This document shows positions 11,351-23,470 of a stretch of 64,000 bases of DNA, in pieces. The notes beneath the pieces are model-generated. The model had not been told where the DNA came from, made no database searches, and was given only the letters and a program-made list of their open reading frames with translations. Both the position numbers and the translations under genes were made by a program. Position 1 is the stretch's first letter, and every line of letters starts with the position of its first letter. Source of the stretch: Eledone cirrhosa (lineage: Eukaryota); assembly GCA_964016885.1 (NCBI GenBank), contig OZ024755.1, positions 248,001 to 312,000 of the forward strand. Reading direction: 5' to 3'.

Positions 11351-13240
11351 TACCACCCTAATAATAATAACAACAGCAGCAGCAGCAAACTAACCCATTA
11401 TGGAAGTAGGAATTTAAATCAAAATAGTCATTAGTGAGAAAATAGCCTATTTTAGAAGGCAAACAAATTTCATCTCTATGTTGGCTAAAAATTTCGATAC
11501 ATATTTGAATAATTGAATAAAGAAACAGTATGAAATGGTTGGACACATACACACACTTACACATATATATATTATTGGTAAATATGGAAATATAAAAATG
11601 ATGATTCATATAAAACAATTTAAAAGAAATGAAAGTGAAAGTTAAAAATGTGAAAGAGACTAGCTTAAGTGGCAACGAAGACATTATTATTAAAAGGAAT
11701 GGTCTGTACTGAATTGCAGTTAAGTGGCACCATCTAGTCATCAGCTTTTATATTTTGTAAACAAGTGGGTCATTACTCTCCTACAACAAATACTTGTTTA
11801 TATATATACATATATATATAAACACAAACACACATACATATATATATAAACAGACACACATACATATATATATAAACACACACACATACATAATGTGTTG
11901 CCTCTCATTCTTCACTTACATAACGCTGCCCAGAACTCCAATGACTACACAACCCATTATACGCACACACAAACATTATATATATATATCATGTATATGC
12001 TGACAAGTAATGTTTTTGTGGAATTTCTGCTTAATGGCACTAGAGAACTTTCATTGAACCAGTTTGAAGAATCAACGCATACACGTGTGAAATGACACAG
12101 TTTTATTATAAACCTTTTAGAAGAATACAAATCATGTCGCTTAAAAAAAAGAAATATTAGATATAGAGAAAGAGAAATAAAAGAACCTCTAAAATTTCAA
12201 ATTAAACCAGGACTATGCTACAAGATTAATAAAACTTCTTTTGACAATAGATCTATGTATGAAATTTACTTGGCTATTTCGGTATTTCTATTTGTGACAG
12301 GAATTAAGGAATTCTACTTGAAAAATCAGATATTTCTGGTTGAATAGATATAAGAAATTGAAGAGTGTTCATGAAAGTTTATACTGAAATGTAGAAAAAA
12401 GAAGTGGAAAAAAAAAAAAGAAAACTAACAAAATAAAAATAAATAATGAAAATAAAGCAAGAAAAAGACAAAGGATGAAAGAAACCAAAGCGAAATGACC
12501 GATCTAATGAAACCATATTGATGTCATGTAAGATGTTGAGGGTAAACAAAATATCTGCTACTATTAAAGAGACAGTATGTTACATGTAGGCCAGTGATAT
12601 GAATTAAAATGTAGCAATAGCAGTCTTGAAAGGTTGATGATTTGAGTGGATCTCAGCAATTCAGAATAGACCTATGAGATGAAAGGTCAGTGAGGAATTG
12701 GTTTCTTTAAGAATCTACTGATACGAATAGTTAATATGAAGCATCGATCGTTTGTTTTTGTTTTGAACTGTTTTCTGCTTCACATTTGAAAAAAGGGTAA
12801 TAGCCCTGAAATATCATGTTGAAATATATTGGATAAAACATTACTTTGTTTTATATGCCACCCTTTGCCCTTTATATATTTCTACCACATTGTACCAGTT
12901 TTCGAAACTTATCGGCCTTTTATTAAAACTTTGGTATTTCTCAACAATGTTAAACAACTACAACGAAAACAAAGGCAAACGTGTGTAAAATCTCTCTCTC
13001 ATTTAAATATATAATAATGTGTGTTGACATAGATGTTTCTTGTAGCTTCGGTTAAAATCCTCTACTGTTAGTATGCAAATATGAATTTATAAAATACAAA
13101 CATCATCATTTAATGTCTATTTTTCCAAGCTTTCATGGGTTAGACGGTTTGTCACATTATGGGACAAGCCTGCACACAATATCATGCTAATATGGATCTG
13201 TGTTTGATATACAATAACAAATATTTTAAAATATATACCT

Positions 13241-13348
13241 CAATAAAGACATAACACGGAGAAAAGCAAAGGACATGCATTTCATTGAGCAAACTTGGTG
13301 GCTCTGTGACACATTGTCTGCGTCTTTCTCCATGTTGTGTCTTTGTTG
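13241..13348. repeat. Imperfect inverted repeat, probably a Penelope-like fold-back end
   Basis: caataaagacataacacggagaaaag pairs with ctttctccatgttgtgtctttgttg. The minus strand of the left arm reads gctcaatGAAAtgcatGTC. Confidence 0.55.
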
Positions 13349-13890
13349 TAGAATTGAGTTTAAAAACTCGTCACATGTACTGAATGCTCTACACCTTGGA
13401 TATCTTTACCAAATTTATTACTATAGTACTATACACATACACACACATGGAGGCATATATTCTTTTACTGCTTTCAGTCATTAAACCATGACCATTCTGG
13501 AGTAACACTCTGATTTAATCAATCATATTAACCCAAGTACATATATACACACCTTACAGATACACAAAACAAATTTGAAATTAGAGATGTATACAATTTG
13601 AGATGGAAATACAATCAAATTCTCAATGTTTAATTCAGTTTTAGTTGAAATTCGATCATGTGATCACATTCTATTGAAAACCTTCTCCATTAGACGATAC
13701 CTTAGTATTTTCAAGTTCAAACCATCACTGATAGGAAAACTATATTAGAGAAGGCAGAATTACATTAGATGGGAACTACAGAAGAGGAAAATAAAGCTTA
13801 GCTTTGTAGAAATGTCAAAAGAAACATACATGTTCAGTTTTCAGTCAGTAATTTAATATTTACACTAACAACCATTTCAGTACTAAGCTT

Positions 13891-13924
<34 letters not shown>

Positions 13925-14098
13925 TGCACATACATATTAAAGCAAGTATATTTCCCTTTGTTGTTTAACTTCTTAAAAGACAGTGAAATGATAAAAGAAG
14001 GAAGAAGAAATGGTGATGTTGTATAGAGAAGAAGTAAGTTGTTTTAAAAGATAAAGTAACAGTGAGAAACTTGATATTACAATCACAATGGATGAATC

Positions 14099-14131
<33 letters not shown>

Positions 14132-14867
14132 AATAAGTGGAAGTACTGTAGTTCCTTTTCTCATCTGCTTCATTGCCATATATATATGTTCTGGTGTTCT
14201 AAAGAGACAACCAACTGTCAGAACTAGAAATGGAACAGAAGTCATAAAAGACAAATGGACCAGCATCACTTTTGATAATGGGAGTTCCATTACATTTGGT
14301 CAACACACTTGTTAAAGTAGCTTGAAAGTGGCTGAGTATTCCACAGACAAGGGTACACTTAACATACACTGGGATATCCAGTAAAATGTGAGGGTTTTAA
14401 CCTGATTTTCTAACATCTTTACACAGTTATGGAGATTTTCTACATTTCTAAAGATTTCAACTTACTCGATGCTCCAATGTTTATTTACAACACACACATT
14501 ATATATATATACATATATATATATATATACAGAGAGATACACATACATGAACATGCCATTTAGAGGTTGTGTAAATTGTGTTTATATACATGAGAGAGAG
14601 AGAAGCCAAATATAAGATCTATAGATAACAAGTGCAGAATATATAGTTATGAATATTTTATATACATTTCCAATAGAAATATATTAGATATAGGAAACGG
14701 TAAGATCTGTAAATACATAAGCCTGTACATAATCAATAACAACAAAACAGCTCTGTGTAGTACCACATTCTATACTATAGTACTAGGCAAGGTAATAAAC
14801 CTATACCTAAAACTGAGTTCTTTATTTTGGACACTGAGTTACAGTAGTTTATTGGTAAGTAGTAGTA

Positions 14868-14899
<32 letters not shown>

Positions 14900-15063
14900 C
14901 AACCAAAGACATACCTAGATATGTAAAATATCTGGTTAAAAATTAATCGTAGACATTGAAAGGTGAAATCTTTCTTAGCTAGAATATCTGGTTTAAAAAA
15001 TATATCTTCAATTTCATATTGTATTATATTTGATTTTATACACAGTATATAAAAAAACAGTCA

Positions 15064-15513
15064 ACTGAGTCTTATCTAAAGCAGGTTATACATAATCATC
15101 ATCGTTTAATGTGTATCTTCCATGCTAGCATGGGTAGGACTGAGTCTTATCTAAAGCAGGTTATACATAATCATCATCGTTTAATGTGTATCTTCCATGC
15201 TAGCATGGGTAGGACTGAGTCTTATCTAAAGCAGGTTATACATAATCATCATCGTTTAATGTGTATCTTCCATGCTAGCATGGGTAGGACTGAGTCTTAT
15301 CTAAAGCAGGTTATACATAATCATCATCGTTTAATGTGTATCTTCCATGCTAGCATGGGTAGGACTGAGTCTTATCTAAAGCAGGTTATACATAATCATC
15401 ATCGTTTAATGTGTATCTTCCATGCTAGCATGGGTAGGACTGAGTCTTATCTAAAGCAGGTTATACATAATCATCATCCTTTAATGTGTATCTTCCATGC
15501 TAGCATGGGTTGG
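15064..15513. repeat. 75-bp tandem repeat, 6 copies
   Basis: Unit actgagtcttatctaaagcaggttatacataatcatcatcgtttaatgtgtatcttccatgctagcatgggtagg. Five copies are identical and the sixth has two changes. The unit contains an antisense RTE-type 3' tail. Confidence 0.97.
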
Positions 15514-15534
15514 ACATATATATAATCACTGACA

Positions 15535-15680
15535 CTTTCACTACCATGTTTCTAATGAAATACAGAGACAATAATTTTCAAATAGTTTTGAAAATAATCA
15601 ACTATCTCTCTTATTTATCTAATGCTTGGAATATAATTTAACAAAGGTTCTTACATAAAATTATAATGTAAATTTTTTTT
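15535..15680 (-). mobile_element. piggyBac-derived MITE, degraded
   Basis: ctttcactaccatgtttctaatgaaatac...aacaaaggttcttacataaaattat is the reverse complement of the MITE pattern seen at 37840-37906 and 55255-55409. Confidence 0.6.
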
Positions 15681-17264
15681 CAGATAAACATAAAAATGTT
15701 TGAGCAAGCAGTTTTGTATCATAAAACCAGGTGGTCTTCAACATAAAGGTTTACCATCATTTAACATCTGGTTTCACTGCTAGCAAGGGTTAGGTGAGTC
15801 TACATAGACCAAGTCAGTACTGAAGTGGTGGCTACTGACCTATCAGACAGGCTGAGAAGGTCTGTAGCCCACTTATGTATGGTCGAGAGCAGAGCAGAAG
15901 TTGTCATGTCTTTTGACACAAACGTAAAGGGGTGTAACTCTATGCTACAAAGCATGTTATCCGATGCTCTACCGATACTGCCAATCCACTGCCTTTGTTC
16001 ATAAAAATACTAAATAAATAAAAGAAGAAAGATGTATTGGATAATCAAGTCCTAAATACTCTGAATAGAAAATAAAAACTCCAAAACTGGCTCATTACAA
16101 CTAGAATATCATTGATCAAATATCTGTTTGATGAAAGCTAACTTGAAGCTAAACAACCACAAGGATTTATAATGCAACAACTGTTTCAATTAGTCTAAAA
16201 ACTAAAATACCTTCAAGTATTTTATTTCACAAAGCAGCTTTAAGTATTTTAAGACATCGACCAAATCTGAGATAAAGTTGAGTGGGTTTGTTCAGCAAAC
16301 CAATACAAGACATCTAACATTTAATAGCAGAAAAGTTGAAGTCTTAGGAGCATGGATGGACGGATGGGTAGACAGGTAATCTTTCAAGAGAGGAGGAGAG
16401 GGGGTGAGAGATAGAGAAGTGAGGGAGTGAGAGGAGAGAGAGAAAGAGAGGAGAGAGAAAGAGGGAGAGAATAACAAAAAAGCCCCCCAAACTAAAAACG
16501 TATCCTGTACAAACAATACCTTAAAAAATTGATACAATATAAAAATATAAAGCACTACATATCTAAATCTGTGTAGCAATAAGAATATGTGTAAAATGAA
16601 GGCAGGTAGAAACAACTTGGAAATATGAGAATTAAATTTATAACAATAAAGTAATTAGAATAAGTCGGTACATTTTTTTCTTTCTATCAATCCTTCAATG
16701 ATCCTGACTTTTTTTATTCTTTCAGGTTTTATATATTTTAAAATTTCATTTCAGAAATATTGTATTTCCTGAAATTTCTATTATATCAGTTACATACATT
16801 AAGAATTCTTGTAATTTTTATAATTTACCTTTATATCTGTAGAATATTTCAATAAATATTCCCATTACATATATATTTGGTTTTTAACTTTTAAAAATTC
16901 ATTGTAAGAATGCAAGTAGTATTTTATAGAATGGTTTTCATATTTAAATTTATGATTCTTCAAAGTTTCAAAAAAGTCTACCAAGATGTAAGCTTTATCC
17001 AAATAACTAAAACAATGTGAAGTTGTTTTTCTTAGAAAAATTTTTTTTTCTGAACTTCAGAACAAAGGTTTATTCATTCATTTATTTTTATTTTTATGAT
17101 TTTTTTTGGAAAAATTTCTCAAAGATAAATCATTTAAGAAAAAGAAGTTTAAAAAAACATTTCTATCTTTAATGTTCTGTTAGTTTTGAGCAGTCATAAA
17201 ATATATTGGTCCATAATTCTTACACTTCAACACTAAAGAGATATAACTAACTGATAATGTTTTA

Positions 17265-17430
17265 ACTCTTCCATTACCATATTTCTAATGAAAGACATTG
17301 CCTATAATTTTCAAATCATTTTGAAAGTAATGAAAAGACTTTGGATGGATTTAGTAATATAACTGAATGTTTAATTAAGCTGGTGTTTGGCACAACAAAG
17401 ATTCTTACATAAAATTATGTAAGATTTTTT
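17265..17430 (-). mobile_element. piggyBac-derived MITE, partial
   Basis: ttaa|ctcttccattaccatatttctaatgaaagacattgcct...aagctggtgtttgg...cttacataaaattatg. Confidence 0.65.
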
Positions 17431-17469
17431 TTTCTTCTACATATGTTAACACTTTACAACTAAAAAAAT

Positions 17470-17695
17470 GTCTAAAGTCTGTCTCGAGCCTGGAGGCTCA
17501 CCAGGCCAGTGCTTCTCCTGGTTTCTGTGGCATTAAGCAACTGAGAGTACAATACTCTCCCCTAGAAAGGACTCCAGTCCATCATACCCCCAGCTACTGC
17601 TGGTACTCATTTTCAGCTGAGTATACTGGAGCAATGTGAAATGAAGTGTTTTGCTCAAGAACACAACACACGACCCATTCCAGGAATGGACATGT
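17470..17695 (-). mobile_element. tRNA-derived SINE (family C tail), 5'-truncated
   Basis: Reverse complement of the body and tail of 26716-27009. Confidence 0.75.
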
Positions 17696-17920
17696 GATGC
17701 ACATGGATGATGATCGCTGGGTGAAGAAGTACCAAGAAATCCCATTGGAAGGAAGCCACAGTATAGGAAGACCAGGGCATAGCTGTTAAGAACTTATCTC
17801 AAATCGCTGAGACTCACAATGGAGATGACAAAGGAAGGCAGTGAACAGAGAGATGCTGTGCTAAAAAGACCCATCCAACCCATGCATGTGTGGAAAAATG
17901 GACATAAAAATGAGGATGAT
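17696..17920 (+). mobile_element. Old RTE 3' fragment
   Basis: GHVMHMDDDRWVKKYQEIPLEGSHSIGRP resembles GHVMRMKDDSCIKRCRALEVDGNRGVGRP. Ends cccatgcatgtgtggaaaaatggacataaaaatgaggatgat. Confidence 0.7.
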
Positions 17921-17984
17921 AATATATGTATAAATAGGGAACAGCTTTCTTTTAAACATATTACCTATATATATATAATATATA

Positions 17985-18156
17985 ATTGTTTCTACTTTTT
18001 TGGCACAAGGCCAGCAATTACCCAGTACATTACTGGTACTTTATTTTATCGACCCCGTAAGGATGAAAGGCAAAGTGAACCTCGGCGGTGAACCTACAAA
18101 GGTACATAACTATGCTGGAAAGCATGGCGTCCGACTCTCTACCGATACTGCCAATC
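17985..18156 (-). mobile_element. SINE family A
   Basis: aattgtttctactttttggcacaaggccagcaattacccagtacattactggtac...ctctaccgatactgccaat, closely similar to the reverse complement of 42957-43135. Confidence 0.85.
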
Positions 18157-18896
18157 CTGTTTGATTGCATGTTAACACCAGTAAAATCTTTCTATACATA
18201 CAACTATAACATACACTGGTATTATAGGTTTATATGACATAGATTTTGGAGATGTATTTAAAGTAAAATATTAAAACAAACAAAAGAAAGATGCTAGAAT
18301 TCCTATGAGAAAAGTGAAGTAAGATGGCTTTAGCTCATATAAAACTAAATTTTCAACAGCATTTAACAAAATATAACCTCACACACAAACAAACCTCTAA
18401 AAATACTTATCAATAATGAAAATGCTTGTAGAGGCTAAGAAAAAAAAGACATAGGCATGTGACTGAACAAATTAATTAAATAAACTGCTGCAAGGAATAT
18501 TTATCAGGAGATATTTTAATGAAAATTGTGAAAATGCAGAATGCTGAAATATACATAGAACGTATGTAAGATTAAAGAACAAATTTCATATAAGCAAATT
18601 AATCAGGTAAATTCCTAAGGTAACAATACCTATTATTCTCTAGAATCTTTAATCAGCACCTAAATGATATTTTCAAGTTCAGTCTATACAGCTATTTCAT
18701 AGCAGTAAACTATGTGAGAAATCTATTTTTAGAATAGATTCAACTGGGTGGTAGACTGGTATTATAGATGTATATATCTATATATGACACTACAGATATG
18801 TCTCTCTCTCTCTATATATATATATGGTACTACAGATGTGTCTATAGAGTACTACAGATATATCTATATGAAACAAAGCCTTGCAGTTTTACTTAC

Positions 18897-19009
18897 TTGT
18901 TAATGTTGCTACCTTCTTTTAAACGTTCACCAACAGCACCGGTTTTCTGAGCTCGTTCACTTCCAGCTAAATCCACTAAACTTAACTTACTGACCTTTTC
19001 ACCTTTCAC
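18897..19009 (-). CDS. KIF13: Internal exon (113 bp, phase 0 to 2) of a kinesin-3, KIF13A/B / Khc-73-like; motor domain switch II
   Basis: Acceptor ttttttttccag and donor aa|gtaagt. Translation [37 protein letters not shown](K). DLAGSE is the kinesin switch II, and GEKV...[15 protein letters not shown] fits KIF13/Khc-73 better than KIF1 (EGANINK). Confidence 0.95.
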
Positions 19010-19089
19010 CTGGAAAAAAAACATTGGAAATTAGTAATTTGGAAAGTATTTATTATTATTAATAACAACAACAATAATAATAGTAATAA

Positions 19090-19235
19090 TATCCCTGTGA
19101 TAATAGAACTAGGATTAATACCCAAATCATCAGACCTGCACCTTGGTGTCCTTGCCTGTAGAATAGGCAAATATGAGTTACAGAGGATTGAGCTACAAGG
19201 AACAGCATACATTCTCAAATAAACTCTTTCACTCT
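19090..19235 (+). mobile_element. Degraded R4/Dong-like 3' fragment
   Basis: Reads IPVIIELGLIPK...QRIELQGTAYILK versus IPVVVGALGMIPK...QKIVLMGTAHILR. Preceded by (TAA/CAA)n. Confidence 0.55.
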
Positions 19236-19334
19236 TTCTCTCTCCAATGAAAACTTCTATTGCCCTAGGTTCAAGACCTGAACTTGGCAACAGAGAAACA
19301 GAACAGAGCCAAACAAAATAACACAACAACAAGA

Positions 19335-19520
19335 AGAGGAATCAGATATAGTGTGCAAGAGAGAAGACTGTGTTGGTATGGATATGTGATGTGTATGAAT
19401 GATGAAAGTTGAGTAAAGAAGTGCCAAGAAATCCAAGAGGAAGAAGGCTAAAGAAAAAGGAAGGCTGAGGAAGACAAAGATAGAAGTAGTGAAAGATAAT
19501 CTCAGTTTGTAAAGAAAGAT
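19335..19520 (+). mobile_element. Degraded RTE fragment
   Basis: RGIRYSVQERRLCWYGYVMCMNDES*VKKCQ versus RGIKCCVQERRLRWYGHVMRMKDDSCIKRC. Confidence 0.7.
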
Positions 19521-19954
19521 TAGTTGTAAGATATTAAATCTCACATCACTTGCGAATTATGTTGCCAGAATAGCATAAATTACCGTTAATATTCAATAAG
19601 TTATCTCAAACATTCTATGGCCATAACTGCACCTGCTGTGAAATACCAAAATGTCTTTAACACAACTATATTCCTGCTTTCCAGTTAATCAGTCACTGCA
19701 CCCTTAATATACCCTTTATATACCCCATTATACATAATACGTGCTACTATCATTCCCGAATATTAAAAGTACATTTCTGATACTCTAGGGTTAGTTGGGT
19801 CAACTTATTAATGTATTAACTTCTGTAATCTGACGGTCACTTTTATAAATAAAGCATGTTGTCTAATACTCTAATAATACTGCTAAACCAAAATCTAAAT
19901 AATAAGAGCACTAATTAAATGTGAATTTAAGATTTCCTGCCTTTCATATCGTGT

Positions 19955-20130
19955 TAATACCAACCAACATGAAACCGTACCTGGTACTTAGATATAAAAC
20001 TGTCCATTTTAAAAGTGCTCATATTTATATTAAAATCTTCCATCATAATTTTCTGTTAGAACTTTTAGTTAAGTAATGTTCTAAACACCAGCTTACTAAT
20101 AAAAGAATATTTTATTTTACTAAATCCTCC
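19955..20130 (+). mobile_element. piggyBac-derived MITE, partial
   Basis: ataccaaccaacatgaaacc...aaaatcttccatcataattttc...aaacaccagctta matches the MITE pattern. Confidence 0.6.
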
Positions 20131-21049
20131 AGGGCTAACCTGGAGCTAGAAAACGTTTAGATAATAGTTCAAATGGAAGTAAAACCAAATATATGTACAT
20201 ATTTTCTTGCACTGTTCAGAAAGCAGTTAAAAAGAAATAATACATAAAAAAGTACAGCATTTACTAGAGTAAGATGGTGTCATAGTAACACATTTCAGGA
20301 AGAAGTAAAACTCAATAAATGGCTAGAAGCAATGAGATAACAAGGAAGGTGAGAAACAACTCTTGTAATTGTAGTTAAATTGAATGTTATGACATTTTCT
20401 ATCTCTGACATTATCAATAAAACCAAATTAAGGACAAGAGATTTTTAACATTTATTGCAATAACTACAATATTTTTTAGGATAGCTGTAGGGTATCTTTA
20501 CTTTCCACGGACTTGAGCCAATAAAAAATTTCTCACATATTTACACAGATACAACAACAAAAAAATAATAAACTAAAAGCCCAAACAGAACAATTTCCAA
20601 CAGTAAAGTAGATATGTTGGTACATTCAACCAGATCAGTTCTACATCTATAGAAATAATTGCTGCAATTTCAATGTTTATTATTATCATTTTAGTTGTAA
20701 AAACTGTTTCTCAAGATAAATACATTGGAAGAAGGTTTCAGGCAAGATTCAAACATGGATGTGAAGGAGCAACTGTCCAGACAGACGATGTATTTTACAA
20801 GATATACTAACAAACAATCTGTCCTCAGGTTTTCAAACACTAAAAACATTATTTACATTGCTTTTCCTTGTTTGTTTTTTTTTCTTTAAATACCAAAGTG
20901 AGAACACAGCTAACAAATATGAAATAAAATTTTCTCCTATGTTACAAATCAAAATAATTGGAATGTTCTAAAAGTGTCATCATCATCATCATCGTTTAAC
21001 GTCCATTTTCAACGCTAGCATGTATTTGTTCAAGTCATACTTGGGTTAC

Positions 21050-21312
21050 AGGCATAGGCAGCTATGTGGTTAAAATGTTTGCTTTACAGTGACGTGTTTA
21101 GGTTTGATACCACTGTAAGGCACTGAGACATTAGCCCCTGCATTTGGGAGACAGAGCACAACAGCACCCTCAGCATAGATCTGTGTTTACCAAGGTATTA
21201 TTGTTCAACTACAGGCTATACCAGAAAACATTTTACCTAAGTTACCATGTAGTAAGATTGAATACAGAACCACATAGTTGGGAAGTGAAGTTCTTGACTT
21301 CATGGCTTTGCC
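21050..21312. mobile_element. Two degraded, oppositely oriented SINE heads (family D)
   Basis: Plus strand ggcagctatgtggttaaaatgtttgct...; the minus-strand part ending gaaccacatagttgggaagtgaagttcttgac resembles 34520-34590. Confidence 0.45.
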
Positions 21313-21642
21313 TAGTTCACCATTGTTATGTTTTAGGATGTTTTAAAATATACCACAAGATGGTGAAAACTAAGGAAAGCATTTATCAAGAAGAAAATGT
21401 TCTTCTCCAGAAAAGAAAAAAGAAAAGAAGGGTGGGGGAGCTAAATAAGATTATTTAGCATTAATGAGATTTTTGTTGTTAACAACACCCCCTACCATCA
21501 AATGGATAAATGTTGTTAACAACGCCCCCTACCAACAAATGGATGTCTGAATTGCCATGCTGGCATAACAAGACACATCTCATGTACTATAACAATCATG
21601 TAATGTAGAAAATAGTCAAAAAGTAAAATATCTCAGAAGAGC

Positions 21643-21787
21643 ATAATAATGGTAGGGTATCTTACTACTACTACTACTACTGTTACTACTAACACCACCA
21701 CTACTAATAATAATGGTAGGGTATCTTACTACTACTACTACTGTTACTACTAACACCACCACTACTAATAATAATGGTAGGGTATCT

Positions 21788-21818
<31 letters not shown>

Positions 21819-21950
21819 GTTACTACTAACACCACCACTACTAATAATAATGGTAGGGTATCTTACTACTACTACTAATAATAATAATGGTAGGGAATAG
21901 TATCTAACTACTACTACTACTACCACTACTACTAATAATAATAATAATAG
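21643..21950. repeat. About 60-bp minisatellite with a variable (CTA)n core
   Basis: ataataatggtagggtatcttactacta...tgttactactaacaccaccactact, three full copies plus degenerate ones. Confidence 0.9.
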
Positions 21951-22825
21951 TTGTTTACAGAATAGAAAACATTAGCACTTTACTATGTAAATGGGTAAAA
22001 CTGCTAACGATGAGGAATCTAGCAAGAGTGATTTAGCATTTGTCAATGACAATTGGCAAGAAAGTATGGTTTCTATGATGGCCCATTAAATGGAAATCAC
22101 TTAATGGAAAATGCCATATCTTGCTTATAAGCAGCTTTTCTATGACAAACTAAAGTTGTCTCAGTATTTCCAGATATGTTCAACTCTACGTGATCAACAA
22201 ATAAGAAAAAATGACAAATTGCTTAATAAAAAAGGTGGGAAGAAGAAAAATAAAGATTGCAGTGAAATGTTTTTTTTAATTTTGGCTTTTTAATTTTTGG
22301 AAAGTATATATTTTTTCCTTTTTCCTTTTTTTTTGTTATATATTTAAATAGTATTTCCTCAAATTTTATAAGTAGATATAAGAAGACAGTATTTTATTTT
22401 CTGTTCTACAATTAAAAGAAATTGGAATTATAGTGAATTTTTAGGCAATTTCATTTCTAAATATGATAGCATGGACAATGGACGTATGATGATGATGATG
22501 ATGACAATGATGATGATAGTAATAATGATGACAAGGATGACAATGAGAATGATGATGATGAGGAGGATTATGACGACGATGATGACGACAAAATTATAAA
22601 TGAAATAAAAAATGTATCCAATATTGTCTGCATATCACTCTAAAGCAATACTATTTATGACAGGTTGTGTGTGCATGTGTGAAATATTTTAACAAAATAA
22701 TTTTTTTTAAAATAATAGACCAACCACTTAACCCTTTGAGTGCTGTCAGGCTGATATATTAGACTCAATAACCAAAGAACACGAAGTAGGCAATACATTG
22801 GCCTAAAATGGTAATGCTCCTCTAA

Positions 22826-23084
22826 CCCTTTTCATTCCAAACTGCTTGAAAACCACTCCAGGTTCTATGACACAAAAGTTGTTTGTTTTAAAATGTTTAT
22901 GTTTATCTAAAATCTTACCTTCATAATTTTATGCAAAAACCTTTGTTAACTTATGATCCAAACAGCAGCTTAACAACAAAACAGTTATTTTACTAAATTC
23001 CTGTAAATTCTTGCTTATTTTCAAAATTATAAAAAAAAAACCCCATAGGCAGTTGCTTTCATTTGAAATATTTTAAGAAAAAGG
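22826..23084 (+). mobile_element. piggyBac-derived MITE, near full length
   Basis: ctaa|cccttttcattccaaac...ggttctatgacacaaaa...aacctttgttaacttatgatccaaacagcagcttaa...aaaagg|ttaa. Confidence 0.7.
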
Positions 23085-23125
23085 TTAACCTACAGTGTTT
23101 TTCTACACTCCCTATACAATAAAAA

Positions 23126-23470
23126 GGCAGCGAATTGGCAGAGACATTAGAAAATCAGATAGAGTGCTTTGAGGTATTTGTTTCACCTCTCTTCTCTCCG
23201 AGTTCAAATCCTGCCACGGTCAACTTTGCCTTTCCATTCAAGGTTGATAAAAAAAAGTACCAGTCTAATACTGGGGACGATTCTTCCTCTATATCTCTTT
23301 CTTACTTCCATTCTCTCTCACTCTCTATCCTTTCTTGAAAGAAATCTGCAGTATTCAGACCTGGAAAGGAGATGGGCTCTGCCAGATTTAACAATGCTTT
23401 AGAAATGCCATATGTCAATACAGCAACTGTTGCTATTCCTGCAGGAGTTACAGGATCATACAATCATGCA
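23126..23470 (+). mobile_element. SINE family A with the long alternative 3' module
   Basis: ggcagcgaattggcagagacattag...gagttcaaatcctgcc, with the tail shared with 3660-3850. Confidence 0.7.

Noticed and set aside
15109-15525. 138-aa repeat-protein ORF
   Set aside because: It is a by-product of a 75-bp unit divisible by three and derived from a retroelement UTR.
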